Origin: Nitrospinota bacterium
GTDB lineage: Bacteria; UBA8248
Length of the DNA stretch: 64,000 nucleotides
NCBI GenBank assembly: GCA_030754595.1
Contig: JASLZZ010000109.1
Coordinates: 28,226 to 92,225 of the forward strand
Direction: 5' to 3'
Within the stretch, counting starts at the first letter, position 1. Each line of letters opens with the position of its first letter. The notes beneath the pieces were generated by a model. It did no database searches. It had not been told where the DNA came from and saw only the letters and a list, made by a program, of their open reading frames with translations. The translations under genes and the position numbers were made by a program. Shown piece after piece: positions 17,912 to 26,347 of this stretch.

Positions 17912-18595
17912 CTAAAATGGGGGCGCATCGCCCGGCCCCCAAAAAAACGGATCGATCAAATACCCCTCCCGCTCAATTTGAACGGCGAGGGCGAGACCTT
18001 GGGCCGCCTTGAGGCGCTGGACGGTCCTGAGGTGAGTGAGCCCCTCCCAGTAGAGATGGCGGGCCATCCCGGCCAGGGAAAATGTAAACGCCGTCTCCTC
18101 CTCCGGGTCCTGCTCCAGGCCGTCCATGTGAAATGTCCCGGCATATGCCCAAAAGCGGCAGACCGGCAGATCGGACTCGCCCATCATCATATCGGGCCTG
18201 AACTTTCTTCCGAGGACGAGGCGATGCTGCTCCTCATCGCTTCTTCCCTCGATCGCGCGGGCGGCCAGGGCGAATGCCTCATCGAACTTCGGCACGAGAT
18301 CCTCGAGCCGCCAAAATTTCTCCTCATCGAGCCTCCGGTCGTAAATGCCGGCCTTTGAGAAATCCACCGGGTCGGCAGGAGGATCGGCGGGCCACAGGAT
18401 TTTCCCCCAGGCCTTCGACAGCCAGAAAAAATAGGCGAGCGCGACGTGGCTGATCTGGCGGCGAATGCTCCACAGGGACCACTCCTCGGAGGCGTCGTCC
18501 CAGTCCAGCTGCGCATCGGTGAGGCCTTCGATTTCCTTCAGGAACATTTCCCGGAGATTTTCGAAGTCCTGCCCCGTTTTGATCAATTTCGCCAT
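17912..18595 (-). CDS. DinB-like protein
   Basis: GLTDAQL..WSIRRQISHV and C-terminal RHLYWE..THLRTV. Confidence 0.65.
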   Translation of the reverse strand: MAKLIKTGQDFENLREMFLKEIEGLTDAQLDWDDASEEWSLWSIRRQISHVALAYFFWLSKAWGKILWPADPPADPVDFSKAGIYDRRLDEEKFWRLEDLVPKFDEAFALAARAIEGRSDEEQHRLVLGRKFRPDMMMGESDLPVCRFWAYAGTFHMDGLEQDPEEETAFTFSLAGMARHLYWEGLTHLRTVQRLKAAQGLALAVQIEREGYLIDPFFWGPGDAPPF

Positions 18596-18678
18596 TTAAA
18601 TCTCCATTCTCATTCTCAATTCCCGGAATTTTCACTCCCGGAGTTTCAACTCCCAAGCTATGGGCGGCGGACCGGGGG

Positions 18679-20217
18679 TCACGGTTTCCGCAGGTCCCGG
18701 CCCGTCATCTCGGGAGGCTGGCCGACGCCCATCAGGCCGAGCAGGGTCGGGGCCACATCGCAAAGCGCCCCGCCGCCCCGGAGCGGCCCACCATATCCCG
18801 GCGCGGCCACGACGCACGGGGTATCGTTCAGGGAGTGCGCGGTGTGGGGGCAGTCGTTTTCCTCATCCCACATCACCTCGCAGTTACCGTGGTCGGCCGT
18901 GACGACGGCGGCGCCCCCCGCCCGATCGAGCGCCTCGAGGATACGCCCCAGACATGCGTCCACCGTCTCCACCGCCCGGACGGCTGCCTCCTCCACCCCG
19001 GTGTGGCCCACCATGTCGGGGTTGGCGAAGTTGAGGATGATGGCGTCGCCGGCCCCCTCCGCTACCGCGGCGAGCGCCGCCCGGGTGACGCCCTCGGCGC
19101 TCATCTCGGGCTGAAGATCGTAGGTCGCCACCTTCGGGGAGGGCACAAGTTCGCGCCGCTCGCCGGGGGGCGGCTCCTCGACGCCGCCGTTGAAAAAATA
19201 GGTGACGTGGGGATATTTCTCCGTTTCGGCGATCCTCAGCGAGGTTTTACCCGCCGAGGCGAGGGCATGGCAAAAGAGCCCCGTCATCTCGGCAGGAGGA
19301 AAGGCCACCGGCAGGCCGAACGATTCGGCGTATTCGGTCATGCAGGCGTAGTGAATCCGGGGGGGGGAGCCTCTCTCGAAACCATCGAAGCGCTCCGCCG
19401 TCAACGCGAGGGTGATCTGGCGGGCGCGGTCGGACCTGAAATTAAAGCAAATAACAGCGTCGCCGTCCCGAATCGGGCCGACGGGCGCGCCGCCCTCCCG
19501 AATCACACGGGGCTCGACGAATTCGTCGGTGACATCGCCGGCGTACGAATCCCGGAGCGCAGAGGGAGCGTCCCAGCACGAGATCCCCTCGCCGGAAACC
19601 ATCGCGGCGTAGGCGCGTTTGGTCCTCTCCCAGCGCCGGTCGCGGTCCATGGCGTAATAGCGCCCAGAAACGGTGGCGACCCTCGCACCGGCGTCCCGTC
19701 CGAGATCGGCGGCGAATTTTTCGATGTATCCCAGACCCGCCCTCGGCGGGGTATCTCGTCCGTCCATATAGGCATGGGCGTAAATGCGGTCCATCCCCTC
19801 CCGGCGCGCCAGCCGGGCGACGGCGACGCCGTGGTCCTGGCGGCTGTGGACCCCGCCGTCCGATACGAGGCCGATGATGTGAAGGGCGCCGCCTTCGGCC
19901 CGGGCCGCGCGGACGGCGCCGAGCAGCGCGGCGGTTTCATAAAAAGACTCATCCTCGATCGACCGATCGATCCGGACGATATCCTGATTCACGATCCGGC
20001 CCGCGCCGAGGTTGAGGTGGCCCACCTCGGAGTTGCCCATCTGGCCATCGGGCAACCCCACCGCGCGCGCGCAGGTCCTAAGTCGGGTATGAGGCCTCTC
20101 CGCGAGGAGGGCGTCCATCGTGGGGGTGCGGGCGATGGCGACGGCGTTGTGGGCGGGCGAATCCCCGAGCCCCCAACCATCGAGCACTATCAACATTACG
20201 GGGCCAGGCAGGGTCAA
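18679..20217 (-). CDS. gpmI: 2,3-bisphosphoglycerate-independent phosphoglycerate mutase
   Basis: LDGWG, GQMGNSEVGH, DGRDTPP, AETEKYPHVT, NPDMVGHTG, TADHGN. Confidence 0.97.
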   Translation of the reverse strand: MTLPGPVMLIVLDGWGLGDSPAHNAVAIARTPTMDALLAERPHTRLRTCARAVGLPDGQMGNSEVGHLNLGAGRIVNQDIVRIDRSIEDESFYETAALLGAVRAARAEGGALHIIGLVSDGGVHSRQDHGVAVARLARREGMDRIYAHAYMDGRDTPPRAGLGYIEKFAADLGRDAGARVATVSGRYYAMDRDRRWERTKRAYAAMVSGEGISCWDAPSALRDSYAGDVTDEFVEPRVIREGGAPVGPIRDGDAVICFNFRSDRARQITLALTAERFDGFERGSPPRIHYACMTEYAESFGLPVAFPPAEMTGLFCHALASAGKTSLRIAETEKYPHVTYFFNGGVEEPPPGERRELVPSPKVATYDLQPEMSAEGVTRAALAAVAEGAGDAIILNFANPDMVGHTGVEEAAVRAVETVDACLGRILEALDRAGGAAVVTADHGNCEVMWDEENDCPHTAHSLNDTPCVVAAPGYGGPLRGGGALCDVAPTLLGLMGVGQPPEMTGRDLRKP

Positions 20218-20308
20218 TTTACCGAATCCATTCGCAATTAACCGGGGAAATTTTCGAGAGGATACGCCTGGCCTCGGGGCAGCGGGCGTTCCTTCTGAAA
20301 TTCAGGTG

Positions 20309-21193
20309 TTATTCGAAGTCCGGATCGCGCAAAAAACGAAATAGTTTTTTATCCCAGTGCCAGTGCTCCTCGAAGGAGACCTTCCGGTCCGACTGGCGAG
20401 TTGTCCGGTTTTTGTATCGGATTTCGTTTTCGAACTCACGCTCTCCCTTCAGAATGATCGTCGCGGGATTTCCGTCTCCGTTGAAGCTCAGACGCATCCT
20501 TGCTTTCAGTATTTCGTTCCGGGTGATGGTGCGGTCCTTGGCCTTATCCTTCACCGGCGGCCAAACGAACCGCCCCCGGAGGCGGCCGACCAAGACCAGA
20601 TCGAACTGCCGTTTCCCGTTGGGTTTGATAATTCGAACGGAATCGACGAACCGGCCCGCCCGGTCGTCCTTGGCATGGATGATAATCTCGCTGCCCCCGT
20701 CCGCCGTTAAATCCACGAGTTGGAAAGTGAGCGGTTTCTGGTAGCTGATTTCGCTGTAGGACGAAAGCGGGGTGCGCCCCCGCTTCTCGTCGTCCACGAG
20801 ACAGAAGGTGGCGAAATTCACCTTTCCCGAATCCGACTGAACGACGATCAGCGTCTCGACCTCCGGATCGCCATCCATGTTCACCGGTATAAAGTCCGCC
20901 GTGAACGCATATTTTTCAAGATGGCCCGAGGAGAGGTACCAGGGCCATTCCACCTCAGAGTAGGGACAGTTCTCAAACCCCTCGAGCTGGCGCGCCCGAT
21001 CGCTCGAGTACAGCTTTCGCACGATCAGCCAATCGGAGGAGCGCTCAAGTCTCTTGATATGTGCGACGAGGCGGCTCCGCCTGCGCTCGCCCGGGGATTG
21101 AAACCGGTCGGCCTGAGCCGCCCAGGTGGACGCCGCCAGGATCGCGGCCAGGAAGAGCGCCCTGAAGCAGGCAGACACAAAGCGCCGGGACAT
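20309..21193 (-). CDS. Exported hypothetical protein
   Basis: 294-aa ORF with signal peptide and Ca-loop-like NMDGD and DLTADG motifs. Confidence 0.7.
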   Translation of the reverse strand: MSRRFVSACFRALFLAAILAASTWAAQADRFQSPGERRRSRLVAHIKRLERSSDWLIVRKLYSSDRARQLEGFENCPYSEVEWPWYLSSGHLEKYAFTADFIPVNMDGDPEVETLIVVQSDSGKVNFATFCLVDDEKRGRTPLSSYSEISYQKPLTFQLVDLTADGGSEIIIHAKDDRAGRFVDSVRIIKPNGKRQFDLVLVGRLRGRFVWPPVKDKAKDRTITRNEILKARMRLSFNGDGNPATIILKGEREFENEIRYKNRTTRQSDRKVSFEEHWHWDKKLFRFLRDPDFE

Positions 21194-21519
21194 TCTCGGA
21201 ATCCTTCTCGATGAAACAGCCCTCGGGCGTGAAGCTGTTTCGGGCTCGCCCCTCGGCTCAATTTTCTGACGTACGCCTCAGGGCGTGATCAAGGCCTTCA
21301 ATGTACCCTTTTTTCGGGCACGTTCAAGCGCTTTCACCTCTTCGGCGAGGGGGTGGCGGGCGTCCGCCAGCGGAGCGATCCAGAGCCCTCCCCGCGCCAG
21401 GGTGTCCGGCGCGAGAGGACAAGGCCCCGGCTTATCGAACCAAAGGGCTGGCAACTTTCAACTTTAATTGAATAAACGGCCCGGGAGAGAAGGCGGCGGG
21501 ACCCGCGGGCGGCTGACAC

Positions 21520-21999
21520 CTATCCGCCGTTTTCGGCTTTTTCTTTTTCCTGGGCCAGAAAAAGGGGACAACGCCTGAAGGTGGCCAGGCAAAACTCACG
21601 CTGTCTCTGCGCCGGAACCAGGGAGAAGGGGAGGACAATCGTCCGGAGGAGTTTTTTTTCACGCGATTCCTCCCCGTAGCAGACATTGCTCACGGCGGGA
21701 TAGTCGATAACCTTGCTTCGGGTCTTTCGGCCGCCCAGGTAAGGACAATATTTGGTCTTGGCGCTCAGACTCGTCGGAGTGCTCAGGCTTTTACCACCGC
21801 CGGCGGTCCCCTGGAGAACCGACTTTCTGATCTTGGAAACCGGAGAGGCCTGGGCGGGAGACCCGATCGAGGAGGCAGCCGCGACAAACGAAACCCCGCC
21901 CATGTCGCCGTCCTGGTTTTTCGGGGCAGGAGCCGCCGGATTCCCTGATTTCCGCTTCCGGTCATCATTGTCTTTTACTAAATCGACCATCCGGACCAT
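21520..21999 (-). CDS. Hypothetical protein with C-terminal Cys4 domain
   Basis: GGAG RBS; YCPYL..NVC..EFC-x6-CPLF. Confidence 0.65.
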   Translation of the reverse strand: MVRMVDLVKDNDDRKRKSGNPAAPAPKNQDGDMGGVSFVAAASSIGSPAQASPVSKIRKSVLQGTAGGGKSLSTPTSLSAKTKYCPYLGGRKTRSKVIDYPAVSNVCYGEESREKKLLRTIVLPFSLVPAQRQREFCLATFRRCPLFLAQEKEKAENGG

Positions 22000-22156
22000 G
22001 GGTTCTCCACTTTACTTCATAAAACGACATTTTTCTATGAAATTCCGATAACCTCCTCTAGCCGAAGAATAATAAATATTCCTAAAATAATCAAGGTAAT
22101 TCACCTGAATATATATTTGAGAGGTACAAAGCGGAAATATAGAAGGGTGCCGGCCT

Positions 22157-23752
22157 TCAGGGCCGGAGGCTCTGCCCGCCCGGCACCTGGGCTTGAGAGA
22201 TTCCTCTCGCCTGGCGGGCCATCCGGGACTGAACCTGAAGGGCGGTGAGGCGAAGCACTTCGACGACAGCGCTTTTGGTTTTCTTGAGGGTGCGAAGCGC
22301 CACCTGCAGGGCATCATCGTCGTCCCCGAAGGTGGGGTCATCGAGCCTTTTGGGCAGTTTGCGGGGCTGTTTTTTAGGCTTCTGGATCTTGGCCCGATCC
22401 TTTTTCTCCGGGTTCGGGGGCGGCCCCGCCTCGATGTCGGGGCTGATCCCCTTTCCGTGAATCTCGACACCCAGCGGCGTGTAGTACTTGGCCGTTGTCA
22501 TGCGGATCCCGGATCCACCGCTGATGGGGATAATGGTCTGCACCGATCCCTTGCCGAAAGTTTTTCGGCCTATTAACAGGCCGCGATCCAGATCCTTGAC
22601 GGCGCCGGCCACGATCTCCGAGGCGCTCGCGCTTCCCCGGTTCACGAGAACCATTAGCGGTTTCCTGGACCAGACCCCGGTTCCGTGGGTGCGGAAATAC
22701 ATGGTCTGGCTCCGGTGGCGGCCCCGCGTGAAGACCACCATGCTCCTCTCCGGAAGGAAGCGCTCCGCCACACGGACCGACTGGCGAAGGAGGCCGCCCG
22801 GGTTGTTCCTCAGATCGAGAATCAGGCTCCGGGCCCCGGCGTTGCGGAGGCGCCGCATCGCCGATCCCATCTCGTCGGAGGTCCGCTCGTGAAACGCCGA
22901 TAGCCGGATGTAGCCGACATCGTCTTTCATCACGCGGGATTTCACGCTCCGAATCTGAATGATGGCCCGGACCACGACAAACTCTCTCGGGGCCGGCCAC
23001 CCCTTGCGCGAAATACCCAGCCGCACGGCCGTGCCCGGCGGGCCGCGCATTTTCATCACCGCCTCGGTGAGCGACCATTCTTCGGTGGACTCTCCGTTGA
23101 CCAGCGAAATAACGTCTTCGGGCTTGAGCCCCGCCTCGTAGGCCGGGGTTTCCTCAATCGGGGAGACGATGGTGATCTTTTTGTCGCGCGCGGTGATCGT
23201 AATCCCCAGCCCGCCGTAGCGCCCAGTGGTCTCCACCTGCATCTCGCGGAAAACCTCGGGCGGCAAAAACGCGCTGAACGGGTCCAGGGAATTGAGCATC
23301 GCCCCCAACGAGAGATACATCGCCTTGAGATCGGCGCCTTCTCCGCGGCCTGCCGCCGCTTTCGACATGGCGAAGCGGTAGGCCTCCTCCATGGCGGAAA
23401 GCACTTCGGGGCCCCGGCCGCCGAAGCGCACCGCCATCTCCTCGTCCCCGCTCCTCAGGGCAAACCGGCCAGCGTCCTTGCGGATGACTTCCAGGCGCTC
23501 TTTCCCGACGGCCCGCTGAAGGCCCTTGAGACCCGCGCCGAAGGCCTTGGCGAGGTTGGGGAGGGAGACGTAGTTTTCCTCGATCTGCGCGACCGTCTCG
23601 CGGAGGAGCCGGACGGCTCGGGTCTGCTCCTCCGTCAGGTCCGGCAGGCGGCTCGGAGTGCTGGCCGGGGCATAGGAGATCAGGATGAGCGCAAAAACGG
23701 CCGCGAAAAGTAGGCCCGCCGGCCAGCGCTGGCGCAAACGCTTCAAATCCAC
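22157..23752 (-). CDS. ctpA: S41 carboxy-terminal processing protease
   Basis: LDPFS, GGLGI PDZ, LDLRNNPGG, SASASEIVAGA, TFGKGSVQ. Confidence 0.93.
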   Translation of the reverse strand: MDLKRLRQRWPAGLLFAAVFALILISYAPASTPSRLPDLTEEQTRAVRLLRETVAQIEENYVSLPNLAKAFGAGLKGLQRAVGKERLEVIRKDAGRFALRSGDEEMAVRFGGRGPEVLSAMEEAYRFAMSKAAAGRGEGADLKAMYLSLGAMLNSLDPFSAFLPPEVFREMQVETTGRYGGLGITITARDKKITIVSPIEETPAYEAGLKPEDVISLVNGESTEEWSLTEAVMKMRGPPGTAVRLGISRKGWPAPREFVVVRAIIQIRSVKSRVMKDDVGYIRLSAFHERTSDEMGSAMRRLRNAGARSLILDLRNNPGGLLRQSVRVAERFLPERSMVVFTRGRHRSQTMYFRTHGTGVWSRKPLMVLVNRGSASASEIVAGAVKDLDRGLLIGRKTFGKGSVQTIIPISGGSGIRMTTAKYYTPLGVEIHGKGISPDIEAGPPPNPEKKDRAKIQKPKKQPRKLPKRLDDPTFGDDDDALQVALRTLKKTKSAVVEVLRLTALQVQSRMARQARGISQAQVPGGQSLRP

Positions 23753-23961
23753 CTGGTTTCCCCTCCGGTCAACAATTCGCGATTATCCGACACCCCGAAA
23801 ACCGCCGGGGCGCCCGGACCGCCAGAATCCAAAAAGGCCTTCAAAATCATATAGATTTGGAAGGATGACGATCATACGTAGGATCGGGCGGGGAAATCAA
23901 GGGAAAACCGAGCCGGGGGCCGCCCGCCATTCTAAAGCGGCGAATGGCCCCCGGTGGCGGG

Positions 23962-24408
23962 TTAATCGGGGTTTCGCATCACCAATACAGGGCAATGCGC
24001 GTGGCGGATCACGTTCTCGGCGACGCTGCCCATGAAGAAGCGTGTCAGACCGGTTCGCCCGTGCGTCGCCATGACGATCAGGTCGAAATCCCCCCTCTCG
24101 GCCGTCTCGTTGATGACCGTGGCGGGCTCGCCCCAGACAAGACACTTTCCGGCCTTCTCCGATACGCAGGCCTTCAGCATCATATCGTCGAGCAACCTTT
24201 CGGCGTCCATCTGGATATCGCCCTTGACCTTTTTCCAGTCGATATACACCTCGTAGGGAACCGATGACTGGGGCTCGACCATGATGTGCACCACGGTAAG
24301 CTTCGCGCCCCGAAGCCCGGCTATCTCCGCTGCGGAAATCAGCGCCTCCCGGCTGAACTCGGAAAAATCGACCGGCACCAGAATTTTTTTCGGCTCAAAC
24401 TTTCCCAT
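23962..24408 (-). CDS. Universal stress protein
   Basis: KILVPVDFS; DLIVMATHGRTG..MGSVAENVIR. Confidence 0.93.
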   Translation of the reverse strand: MGKFEPKKILVPVDFSEFSREALISAAEIAGLRGAKLTVVHIMVEPQSSVPYEVYIDWKKVKGDIQMDAERLLDDMMLKACVSEKAGKCLVWGEPATVINETAERGDFDLIVMATHGRTGLTRFFMGSVAENVIRHAHCPVLVMRNPD

Positions 24409-24428
24409 GGCTGCCTCCTTTCCTTCGC

Positions 24429-24890
24429 TCACGCGGCCGAAGCCGGCTGCCTCATTTCTCCGGCCCGCTTTCCGGCGGCCCGGAACAGGAGAACCGGAAC
24501 GCCGGCTCCCCGGAGAACTTTTTCGGCCACGCTCCCCATCATGAGGCGGGCGGGCCCCGTCCTCCCGTGGGTCGCCATCGCCAGAAGATCGAAGTCACCG
24601 CGCGTCAGGTGGCCCAGTATCTCCTCGGCCGGAAACCCGTACCGCACAGTGGTTAGCGCCTTGACCCCGTCCGCTTTGAGATCCTTCCTGACTTTCTCGA
24701 GGTAGCCTTAGGCCTCTTCGGTCACTTTGATCTGGGCCTCCGTCGGGTCCACGCCCGGAAACACCAGCGCGAAAACCACCCGGAGGAGGGTGACCTCTGA
24801 GTCGTGGAAAGCGGCGATTTTACGGACTTCCTCGAGCGTCTCTTCGGCGAGCTTCGACCCGTCCAGGGGAACCAGAATTTTTTCGAACAT
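24429..24890 (-). pseudogene. Universal stress protein with in-frame TAA at 24708-24710
   Basis: MFEKILVPLDGS...TEEA-TAA-GYLEKVRK continues in frame to MATHGRTG..GSVAEKV. Confidence 0.85.
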
Positions 24891-24921
24891 TTTCTCCTCC
24901 TTCGGCGATACGAATCGCCCG

Positions 24922-25380
24922 CTAGATAATCGCCTTGGCAAGCGATGCCTCGCTCAACGTGAGCATGGGCACCGGGGACACCGCCACGAGCTTCTCCACA
25001 ACACTGCCCATCAGGGTGTGGGAGATTCCCTGCCGCCCATGCGTCGCTATCACGACGAAATCGATATCGTGGAGACGAATCGCGTGGAGTATCTCCTCGT
25101 GGGGATCGCCGGCGACGATATGCTCCTCGTGCTCCAGCCCGGCGAGGCCGATTTCCAGGACGGCCTCCTCGACCATCGACTGCGCCTTGACGGAGGTTTC
25201 GGCCCGCATGGAATCCCAGTCCTTCCCTTCCCTGGCGTATACTTCCACCGTTTCAGGGGGAACGACGTGGAGGGTGATGAGTTTGGCCCCGAATATATTA
25301 GCCATCGTGGTGGCCCACCTGAGTTCCTCGAGGCTGCGCCCCGAAAAGTCGATGGGGGCGAGGATTTTTCTTATCTCCAT
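24922..25380 (-). CDS. Universal stress protein
   Basis: KILAPIDFS; ATHGRQG..MGSVVEK. Confidence 0.92.
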   Translation of the reverse strand: MEIRKILAPIDFSGRSLEELRWATTMANIFGAKLITLHVVPPETVEVYAREGKDWDSMRAETSVKAQSMVEEAVLEIGLAGLEHEEHIVAGDPHEEILHAIRLHDIDFVVIATHGRQGISHTLMGSVVEKLVAVSPVPMLTLSEASLAKAII

Positions 25381-25431
25381 CGCAATTCCTCCCGGAAACT
25401 GAATTAGGCCCACGTCTCTATCTTAATCAGA

Positions 25432-25448
25432 GGCAATTCATGTGCCAG
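25432..25448 (-). promoter_or_regulatory. Sigma54 (-24/-12) promoter for the USP operon
   Basis: CTGGCACATGAATTGCC matches TGGCAC-N5-TTGC, ~50 nt upstream of ATG 25380. Confidence 0.8.
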
Positions 25449-25630
25449 AGCACAGCCAGAGCACAGGGAAAACCTGACAAGCCTATACTGTTGATATTAT
25501 TTACCTTATCTGATAGCGGGCGGCAGCTCTGGGCCGGGGCGGGCGCCGTGTGCGGCAATTCGCCCCATAGACGCCCCGAATTGGGGCGGATGAGTGGCGC
25601 GCCGAAAAACCTCCCCGGAGGGGGGAAATC

Positions 25631-26305
25631 ATGTTCTCCATTGTGGTTCCGGTGCTGAACGAGGCCGAAAGGCTGGGGGTTTTCCTCGATTCGCTCGAAT
25701 CCCAGCCGGGCGAGCCCGAGGTGATTGTCTCGGACGGCGGAAGCCGGGACGGCACCGCCGAAATCGCCGGGCGAAGCGCCCGGCTCGTCTCCGCGCCGCC
25801 CGGCCGGGCCTCCCAGATGAACGCCGGCGCGGCGGCCGCGAAGGGGGAGATTATTCTTTTCCTCCACTGCGACACGCTCCTGCCGCCCGGCGCCCTCGCG
25901 CTCATCGAGGAGGCGATGCGGGACACCGCCGCTGTAGGAGGCGGCTTCACGCACCGCTTCGACAGAAGTGACAGGTTCAGCCGCTTCATCAGTCTGAGCG
26001 CCAACGTCAGGTCGCGCGTCTGGAAGCTGTTCTTCGGGGATCAGGCCATCTTCGTGCGGCGGGATGTGTTCGAGAATATGGGGGGATACCCCGCGCTTCC
26101 CCTGTTCGAGGATTGGGACTTCAGCGCCCGGCTGCGCGGGGCGGGAAACGTCGTCCTGATCGAGTCGCCCATCACCACCAGCGGCAGGCGCATCGAGGTC
26201 TGGGGAAAGTGGCGGTGTTTTTATCTCTGGTGGGGGCTCAGCATTCTCTACGCCCTGGGCGTCCCGCCCGAAAGGCTCGCGCGGTTTTACGGGAATGTAA
26301 GGTAG
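25631..26305 (+). CDS. GT2 glycosyltransferase, TIGR04283-like (rSAM/selenodomain-associated transferase 2)
   Basis: SIVVPVLNE, DGGSRD, GRASQMNAGA, LFLHCD, FGDQAIF, LFED, TSGRR. Confidence 0.85.
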   Translation: MFSIVVPVLNEAERLGVFLDSLESQPGEPEVIVSDGGSRDGTAEIAGRSARLVSAPPGRASQMNAGAAAAKGEIILFLHCDTLLPPGALALIEEAMRDTAAVGGGFTHRFDRSDRFSRFISLSANVRSRVWKLFFGDQAIFVRRDVFENMGGYPALPLFEDWDFSARLRGAGNVVLIESPITTSGRRIEVWGKWRCFYLWWGLSILYALGVPPERLARFYGNVR

Positions 26306-26347
26306 TGGTCTCCCATGAGGAGACCACTATCCGGGCCGAAAGGACTC

